Shown: positions 23,433 through 28,928 of the stretch, in pieces | How the letters are laid out: each line of letters begins with the position of its first letter | Numbering within the stretch: the first letter of the stretch is position 1 | From: a virus | Lineage: Duplodnaviria > Caudoviricetes | Virus record (IMG/VR): IMGVR_UViG_3300029319_000347 | Span: 1 to 28,928 of that record | DNA length: 28,928 nucleotides | Reading direction: 5' to 3' (one strand) | Program-made: the position numbers and the translations under genes | The notes under the pieces: model-generated | The model's input: the letters and a program-made list of their open reading frames with translations, nothing else | What the model was told of the DNA's origin: nothing | Databases searched by the model: none

Positions 23433-23734
23433 CCTATAAACCATTACCTGATTACCTTACAATAAAACCAAGCAAGATAGATGGACTCGGATTATTTACA
23501 TTAGTTGACATTGATAAAGGTGTTAACTTAGGTGTTACGCACATTCAAGTTGACTTAGACCAATATCCACACGTTGATGAGATTGTGCGCACACCTTTAG
23601 GTGGTTTTATAAATCACAGTGACACACCTAATCTAAAAAAAGTACAAGACCGTAGATTATTTTTTGTATATACGGTCGTTGACATACCTATGGGTAGTGA
23701 ATTATTGTTAAAGTACGAATGGTATAAGTTATAG
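23429..23734 (+). CDS. Minimal SET-domain protein-lysine methyltransferase
   Basis: IKPSKIDGLGLF (SAM-binding motif), FINHSDTPN, DIPMGSELLLKY (ELxxxY). Confidence 0.9.
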   Translation: MTYKPLPDYLTIKPSKIDGLGLFTLVDIDKGVNLGVTHIQVDLDQYPHVDEIVRTPLGGFINHSDTPNLKKVQDRRLFFVYTVVDIPMGSELLLKYEWYKL

Positions 23735-23746
23735 GAAGGAGATACT

Positions 23747-24028
23747 ATGAGTATGCGAGATGACATACTACAAATATTATCTGATAACGAATGGCATTGT
23801 GCAGGAGAACTGTATGAGCTAGGCGTATCAGCACGTAATCGTATATCAGAGATACGACAAGACTTAGGTGAAGACTACATATTAGGTGGAGAAGGTACAC
23901 CATGTAAGATACCTGGACACTATCACAAAGCAAAGAACTTGTGTATGTATAAACTTAACGATCAAGAAAAAAAACAAGAATTAATAAATAGACTGGACAA
24001 TGCGATACAACTAGAATTAAATGTATGA
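23747..24028 (+). CDS. Winged helix-turn-helix DNA-binding protein
   Basis: ILQILSDNEWHCAGEL...SARNRISEIR; strong RBS AAGGAG. Confidence 0.65.
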   Translation: MSMRDDILQILSDNEWHCAGELYELGVSARNRISEIRQDLGEDYILGGEGTPCKIPGHYHKAKNLCMYKLNDQEKKQELINRLDNAIQLELNV

Positions 24029-24462
24029 AGGACGTTCTAAAAACTAAAGGCGGACAAGCTGCATGGGATTTACTAAACATGTCCGATGGTATTTTAGAAG
24101 CTATTACATATTGTGAAGAGATAGAACCTGCAGATAGGATAGGTTTTTTTCCTGGTGATACGACAGAACACAACAGTCTATATAGAAATGTTATAAAGTT
24201 AGAACCTAACATACCTACAAAAGATTGTCCGCATTACGGTGGAGTCAAAGTCGAAATTGTTACAAGTAAAGGTGTAGGTTATATAGACTTGCTATTAGAT
24301 TTTAATGATTTGTTTTCTTACCAATATGTACAACGGGGTGTGCAACTTGACTACGGTAGGTTTTATCGTGGTGAAATGCACGCATACTTAGTAGCAGTAG
24401 CACGTGTGCTGAACTCACCGAAGGCATTGAAGGAAAGAAAATTAATTAAAAAGGAAGAGTGA
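24025..24462 (+). CDS. Hypothetical protein
   Basis: 145 aa, ATGA-coupled. Confidence 0.7.
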   Translation: MKDVLKTKGGQAAWDLLNMSDGILEAITYCEEIEPADRIGFFPGDTTEHNSLYRNVIKLEPNIPTKDCPHYGGVKVEIVTSKGVGYIDLLLDFNDLFSYQYVQRGVQLDYGRFYRGEMHAYLVAVARVLNSPKALKERKLIKKEE

Positions 24463-24839
24463 TGAGCAAACAAAAACAACAGGGTACAAAGCTAGAAACA
24501 TTCGTAGCAAAAATGTTAGATGGACAACGTATCGCAGAAGGTGGCAAGAATGACAAAGGTGACGTGTTGTTTCATTGGAATGGCAATGAGTTTTTTGTAG
24601 AGTGTAAAGCTAGGCAAAGTCTCAATGTTACACGTGAGTTAGCAAAGGCAATCAAGAAGTCAAAGTCGAACTTTACAGCGTTAGTATGGAAGCGGCTAGT
24701 AAAAACTGGCGGACAAAGAAGACAACCTGACGGTGTACCTATAATTGTATGCTTACCACTAGATACCTTTGTAGAAATAGTTGAGACTAAAGTCGGTAAT
24801 AAATTCTACGATGATCCATTTTGGTCACAGCTTCCATGA
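24462..24839 (+). CDS. Holliday junction resolvase, Hjc-like PD-(D/E)XK nuclease
   Basis: KQKQQGTKLE...GGKNDKGDV...FVECK...LVWKR. Confidence 0.8.
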   Translation: MSKQKQQGTKLETFVAKMLDGQRIAEGGKNDKGDVLFHWNGNEFFVECKARQSLNVTRELAKAIKKSKSNFTALVWKRLVKTGGQRRQPDGVPIIVCLPLDTFVEIVETKVGNKFYDDPFWSQLP

Positions 24840-25033
24840 CAGATATAGATAAGATTGGAAGACGTACAGCACTAACTTTACAGAGCTTGATGGCAATAGT
24901 TGAGTATGACTACAACAGACACGAATCATGTTTAGTATGCCGGCAAAAATTTATGCACCATGTAGATGGGTTACCATGCGAAGCAGATAATAAACGTAAA
25001 CAAATAGTAAAACGTAATAGATGGAATGCTTGA
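24836..25033 (+). CDS. Small Zn-binding hypothetical protein
   Basis: ATGA-coupled; CLVC...HH...C. Confidence 0.6.
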   Translation: MTDIDKIGRRTALTLQSLMAIVEYDYNRHESCLVCRQKFMHHVDGLPCEADNKRKQIVKRNRWNA

Positions 25034-25059
25034 CTTAAATTACATTATGTAGTTAAATA
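25030..25059 (+). promoter_or_regulatory. Candidate sigma70-type promoter with a palindrome in the spacer
   Basis: TTGACT followed by an AT-rich -10-like region; AATTACAT-T-ATGTAGTT at 25038-25054. Confidence 0.4.
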
Positions 25060-25089
25060 ATTAAAAATATCTTTTAGGAAGGAGATAAC

Positions 25090-25311
25090 ATGAATCAATT
25101 AATAGAGAGACTAACTATTGATATTGTGACAGATGATTGCGGAAAAACGTATAGCGCACTTGACCACATTCACCAATGGGTAGACGAGAACGGACTAGGA
25201 CAAACTATTATAAATAGTAGTAGTGAAACATTAATCTTAGTACCAGTACCAGAAGACACTAAGCCGCATGATATGTATTTAAAAATCATGCAGATACAAG
25301 GCAAGAAATAA
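25090..25311 (+). CDS. Hypothetical protein
   Basis: Strong RBS GGAAGGAG. Confidence 0.7.
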   Translation: MNQLIERLTIDIVTDDCGKTYSALDHIHQWVDENGLGQTIINSSSETLILVPVPEDTKPHDMYLKIMQIQGKK

Positions 25312-25324
25312 ATGAGGAGCAATA

Positions 25325-25441
25325 ATGCCGAGTAATGATAAGCAAACCATAAAAGAATTACGTAAAATAAATGAAGTTTTATGGGAGTACATAAGTGAAA
25401 ACGATTTACCAGAAATAGATATAAGATTGGAATCGATATGA
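25325..25441 (+). CDS. 38-aa hypothetical protein (not in track)
   Basis: GAGGAG RBS; MPSNDKQTIKELRKINEVLWEY... Confidence 0.55.
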   Translation: MPSNDKQTIKELRKINEVLWEYISENDLPEIDIRLESI

Positions 25442-25593
25442 AGGAGATAGTAGTCATTGATGATAAAGGAATAATCGAAAGTCATAATGACTTAGAGTTA
25501 GAACAAGTAATAAAAAGATTAGATTTAATACGTTATGAAAATGATATTGTAGGCGATATTAGGATTTGTGAAGTATTAGAAGTATCACATTAA
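25438..25593 (+). CDS. 51-aa hypothetical protein (not in track)
   Basis: ATGA-coupled; MKEIVVIDDKGIIESH...GDIRICEVLEVSH. Confidence 0.55.
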   Translation: MKEIVVIDDKGIIESHNDLELEQVIKRLDLIRYENDIVGDIRICEVLEVSH

Positions 25594-25606
25594 AAGGAGA
25601 TAACAA

Positions 25607-25822
25607 ATGAAAATTGTACTAATCAAATCATACGAAGGTAATAGCGTTGGTTATACCAGGTGTAAAACAATTAGCGAAGCAGAGAACCAATTAATAGATT
25701 GGGAGAAGCAAGGACTATGCACAAACAGTGATGAGATATTATCTTTTAGCAGCATACAAAGAGCGTTTGTATTTTTGTTAAAAGAAATAAATAAATTAGG
25801 AGGGACGGATAACGAAGTATGA
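25607..25822 (+). CDS. Hypothetical protein
   Basis: AAGGAG RBS. Confidence 0.7.
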   Translation: MKIVLIKSYEGNSVGYTRCKTISEAENQLIDWEKQGLCTNSDEILSFSSIQRAFVFLLKEINKLGGTDNEV

Positions 25823-26673
25823 GACAAGCAACATTAAAAATAAAAATGGATACATGCGATTTACGTGTACTAAAAAACTTATGTGAGTTTACACAAGGTA
25901 TCCAAAGTGAACAATTACATAAATTAGTGTTTATATGGAAACCAGGTAACAGCTTAGAAGTAAAAGCAACTGATTCTTATATAGCACATAGAGTTAGATT
26001 CGGTAAGATATACAAGCCGGAAATGTATTTTAGATGGGATAATGTAGAAGAAAAACTAGAGCAGCATGATGATAAGTACATAGCAGTTGTAAGAGCTGAC
26101 CAATTAAAATTAGTATTGACACAAATACTAAAGCATAAAAAATCTACGATAGATAGCACATGCTACTTAACATATTCTACTAATGAATCATTAGATTATT
26201 ACAAAGAAGATGGAGTAATAAGACCAGTTGATTACGATACCTTACATGAGACTGAAGGTTACAAACTATTGCACATGATGAATTTTAATTTTGACTTTAG
26301 TGACAACAGTGAAAATTATTACAATCAATTTAATGTAAAGCCACACATACAAGTACAAGATATAAATGTTAATACGTTAATTGATAAGATATGGACAGAC
26401 GAAGACTTATCTATATACGAAGAAGTACCAGAAGTATTATCAATGACAGCGCATGTACTTATGAAGGCATGCAAAGTCTATGACGTAAATAAAATAGGTA
26501 AGACTGATAGCCGTATGAACTGGAAGTACATGAAGAATAAATGGTATTTATGGCAAAACTATTTATCCGGCGCTAACAAACACATACTACGTAAAGATAA
26601 TGTACAAAGCATAGAAAGTTTTGTTATGTGCGCTTACGTACCTAGTTATGAAACTAAAATCGGCGTGATATAA
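25819..26673 (+). CDS. Hypothetical protein, possibly a divergent beta-clamp-like fold
   Basis: LEVKATDSYIAH resembles the DnaN L-x-x-V-ATD-[GS]-[HY]-RL motif. Confidence 0.4.
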   Translation: MRQATLKIKMDTCDLRVLKNLCEFTQGIQSEQLHKLVFIWKPGNSLEVKATDSYIAHRVRFGKIYKPEMYFRWDNVEEKLEQHDDKYIAVVRADQLKLVLTQILKHKKSTIDSTCYLTYSTNESLDYYKEDGVIRPVDYDTLHETEGYKLLHMMNFNFDFSDNSENYYNQFNVKPHIQVQDINVNTLIDKIWTDEDLSIYEEVPEVLSMTAHVLMKACKVYDVNKIGKTDSRMNWKYMKNKWYLWQNYLSGANKHILRKDNVQSIESFVMCAYVPSYETKIGVI

Positions 26674-26883
26674 ATGCTAGATCCATTAACAGCAGTAGGA
26701 AGTCTGTTTAGTTTTATACTTGGATTCTTTTTTGGTTACGGTACATCACAATATAACAAGAGATTGTACATCGAAGAAAAGATAAGAGCTTTACAAACAG
26801 AGAAGCAACATTTAAAATCACATATAGATATAGTTGAAGATATAAACTTGAACTTACGGAAGGAGAAGAACGATGGAAGATAG
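26674..26883 (+). CDS. Small membrane-anchored coiled-coil protein
   Basis: N-terminal TM segment (AVGSLFSFILGFFFGYG), then a heptad-like helix. Confidence 0.65.
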   Translation: MLDPLTAVGSLFSFILGFFFGYGTSQYNKRLYIEEKIRALQTEKQHLKSHIDIVEDINLNLRKEKNDGR

Positions 26884-27046
26884 GCTATTACAGTTTATAC
26901 ATTCTATGACAGAACGCTTTATGCGATTCTTAATGGATAATGATTATCCTATAAAGTATGACAGTGAGTTAGTATGCCAGGAAGGTACAATATTTGACCA
27001 GTGTTATTGCCCGATACATGATACAGAGGATAACTATGCCAGATAA
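26873..27046 (+). CDS. 57-aa hypothetical protein with C...CxCxxH (not in track)
   Basis: AAGGAG RBS; MEDRLLQFIHSM...VCQEGTIFDQCYCPIHD. Confidence 0.6.
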   Translation: MEDRLLQFIHSMTERFMRFLMDNDYPIKYDSELVCQEGTIFDQCYCPIHDTEDNYAR

Positions 27047-27320
27047 TAAAGAAAAATTATTAACTTACAAAGGTGATATAGAATTTTGTATTGATGTTAA
27101 TAATCTTAACAGTGATTTTATGGACGCACATAGCATAGAAGTAGATGATTTAGGCGTATATATATACAAAGAAAAAAGATACAATGCGGATACGATTGTA
27201 GATGTAATTAACGAATGTATTGTTAATGAATGTACATCATGGTTAAGTGAATTAGATATAGGTGTAGAGCTAGGTTTATCCACAGTTGTAATAGATGGAG
27301 TTGAGTCATGGACACGGTAA
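27036..27320 (+). CDS. Acidic hypothetical protein
   Basis: GAGGA RBS before ATG 27036 (MPDNKEK...). Confidence 0.65.
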   Translation: MPDNKEKLLTYKGDIEFCIDVNNLNSDFMDAHSIEVDDLGVYIYKEKRYNADTIVDVINECIVNECTSWLSELDIGVELGLSTVVIDGVESWTR

Positions 27321-27403
27321 TTACATGTGAGTGTCAAGACGCGTATTGTGATTGTTGCGGAAGTCAATTAGTTTGCTTTAGTTGTAGAGAAGGAGATTGT
27401 TAA
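27308..27403 (+). CDS. 31-aa peptide with 8 Cys (not in track)
   Basis: GGAG RBS; MDTVITCECQDAYCDCCGSQLVCFSCREGDC; TAATG-coupled to the next gene. Confidence 0.6.
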   Translation: MDTVITCECQDAYCDCCGSQLVCFSCREGDC

Positions 27404-27705
27404 TGGACGAAGTAATTACATACGCGCAATGGAAGAAGAAGTATAAGCCACGTGTTATAGAAGCGGCAGGGACAGGAAGACAAATCGTCAACAAAGATAG
27501 TACGCCGATATATACCTGGTTTAATACAAATAAAGAAGACTATGACATAATGATGGCACATGCTGAACCTAATACAGTATGGACAGAGCGTTATGATGAA
27601 GACGATAAGCCGTATTTAACTAGCGGTGTAGGAATCGTAGATAGATTTTGTTATTACGTAACAGAAGTTAGTCACGATGGGAAGGATATAACAGTATATG
27701 GATAA
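27403..27705 (+). CDS. Hypothetical protein
   Basis: AAGGAG RBS before ATG 27403. Confidence 0.7.
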   Translation: MDEVITYAQWKKKYKPRVIEAAGTGRQIVNKDSTPIYTWFNTNKEDYDIMMAHAEPNTVWTERYDEDDKPYLTSGVGIVDRFCYYVTEVSHDGKDITVYG

Positions 27706-27865
27706 TTGGTTAGTGTTTGAGACTGTTACCTATACACATAAAGTAACAGCAAAGACAGAAGAAGAAGCAATAAAGATAGTAAAAGGAGGAGGACAGGGAC
27801 AAGATAAAACTGTAAACGGTGTAGATTTTAGCGCGGCAAAGTATTTACATTTAGAGAGATACTAA
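27698..27865 (+). CDS. 55-aa hypothetical protein (not in track)
   Basis: AAGGA RBS; contains VTAKTEEEAI, a motif type common in small phage early proteins. Confidence 0.6.
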   Translation: MDNWLVFETVTYTHKVTAKTEEEAIKIVKGGGQGQDKTVNGVDFSAAKYLHLERY

Positions 27866-28002
27866 GTCAAAGTCGTATGCTTATCAAAAGTCGGCGGTTT
27901 TATTGGATAGATCCATAAATTAATTATGTATAACTATAAAAGATACCAGGAACACAAAAAGAATCTAGATGACATAAAGAAGAAAAGAGAAGCACGGAAG
28001 CA

Positions 28003-28101
28003 ATGAAAAATATATTAATTACATTATCATTAATAAGCGGGTTTATTTTGTTAATTGCTTTTATATGGCAGGGGATAAAATATATCCTTGACCTTGATTA
28101 A
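28003..28101 (+). CDS. 32-aa single-TM peptide (not in track)
   Basis: MKNILITLSLISGFILLIAFIWQGIKYILDLD. Confidence 0.5.
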   Translation: MKNILITLSLISGFILLIAFIWQGIKYILDLD

Positions 28102-28138
28102 GTTTTATTCTAAACTTAATAAAAAGGAAGGAAATAAC

Positions 28139-28330
28139 ATGACGTTTTGGGAATATCCGGAATATCTGGAAAAATCAAGCACACAAAAAATTAGTGTATA
28201 TAAAAACAAAGTAAATGGCGCTTTAATATTGCATGACGCAAACGATTTTGGAAACAAAATGGTATACATGGGTTATGGAATACAAGAAGCTAAAAGATTA
28301 TTTAAACTACATTTGAAGGGGATACAATGA
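28139..28330 (+). CDS. Hypothetical protein
   Basis: AAGGAAGG RBS before ATG 28139. Confidence 0.65.
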   Translation: MTFWEYPEYLEKSSTQKISVYKNKVNGALILHDANDFGNKMVYMGYGIQEAKRLFKLHLKGIQ

Positions 28331-28848
28331 AAACAAAATTAACTAAAAAGCAAATAGAAAAAGAAATTAATAAAGTACGTTTATTTAATTCGTTATATGG
28401 TTTTGATTTTCAAACTGAAGAATATGACGAAAAGAAGAACGAATATACCTGGAACGGAATGACACTGGCAGACCATGTACAAAGAGACAAGGGCGGAAAA
28501 ATAAGATTTAGCGCGCTAGAGCTTATAAACACCAGGAAAATATACGTTTATGGACTTGTTAGACGTGTAAGCGCTAACGGAATGAATCGGCAAATCTCAC
28601 TTTTTGCTGTTACTAAAAGCGGTGAAATAGCAAATATAACTTATATGGCAAGTTTGATATTAAACGGCAAAGAACCGGCAACAAATTCATGGCATGAGCA
28701 TGTTATAAAAGTTACAGGAACGGGAATGGATATGGTTTTCCATCTTGTCTATAATTTGAGTAGCATTCTTTTTGAAGGAATCGAAGGACTGGAAGGATTA
28801 GCGCAGGAAGGCAGAGAAGGATATATTTTGAATAAAAGAAACTTATAG
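28327..28848 (+). CDS. Phage protein of unknown function
   Basis: RRVSANGMNRQISLF...GTGMDMVFHLVYNLS, a motif I recall from other phage early proteins; function unknown. Confidence 0.7.
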   Translation: MKTKLTKKQIEKEINKVRLFNSLYGFDFQTEEYDEKKNEYTWNGMTLADHVQRDKGGKIRFSALELINTRKIYVYGLVRRVSANGMNRQISLFAVTKSGEIANITYMASLILNGKEPATNSWHEHVIKVTGTGMDMVFHLVYNLSSILFEGIEGLEGLAQEGREGYILNKRNL

Positions 28849-28886
28849 TATATATATTTAGCCCTTTATATATACGTACTAGAGAG

Positions 28887-28927
28887 AAGCCGCCGCGCGT
28901 ATCCGCCCAGAGCCGCCGGCGGTTTTT
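28887..28927 (+). terminator. GC-rich stem with T tract (possible terminator)
   Basis: AAGCCGCCG (28887-28895) pairs with CGGCGGTTT (28917-28925) around a long loop; lies at the window edge. Confidence 0.4.
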
Positions 28928-28928
28928 C

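Noticed and set aside
210-27367. All minus-strand ORFs in the track
   Set aside because: They shadow well-supported, coupled + strand genes, have the Leu/Ser/Phe/Val-rich composition expected from the reverse complement of A-rich codons, and show no recognisable motifs.
27866-28006. Possible small ORF ending ...KKKREARKQ
   Set aside because: An in-frame stop lies just upstream with no usable start codon; at most a gene remnant.
1-28928. Genome-wide amber (TAG) recoding
   Set aside because: Long ORFs are intact under code 11, and other TAG stops (4940, 15577, 19119) are followed by in-frame stops or new genes. Only 19416 looks readthrough-like.

Overview
A 28.9 kb AT-rich, A-skewed fragment of a tailed dsDNA phage. 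All credible genes are on the + strand and are tightly coupled (many TAATG/ATGA overlaps). Order: (1) probable internal/ejected virion proteins, including a GH24 lysozyme-like domain cut by the window edge and an ART-PolyVal-like ADP-ribosyltransferase domain (1-4940); (2) a structured leader, then scaffold, major capsid and head-tail proteins, podovirus-like with no tape measure seen (5071-10175); (3) two tail fibres with paralogous N-termini, a lectin-like protein and three tandem paralogues (10175-15577); (4) small membrane proteins and a large secreted acidic protein (15599-18606); (5) five tiny Lys/Arg-rich genes (18606-19418); (6) a DUF5675-like candidate lysin, an r1t-like holin and a metallophosphoesterase; (7) an intergenic region with a candidate small RNA showing an anti-Shine-Dalgarno loop; (8) a Sak/Rad52-like annealase, a minimal SET methyltransferase, a wHTH protein and an Hjc-like resolvase; (9) small early-type ORFs and a possible beta-clamp-like protein. 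No terminase, portal, polymerase, integrase, tRNA or CRISPR was seen. The gene set and leaderless promoters suggest a low-GC actinobacterial host (inference). Best leads: the anti-SD sRNA, SET plus the Lys-rich peptides, the interrupted ART domain, the pseudoknotted leader, and apparent absence of GATGC and GGATG. All family calls come from motif recognition by eye, not database searches.
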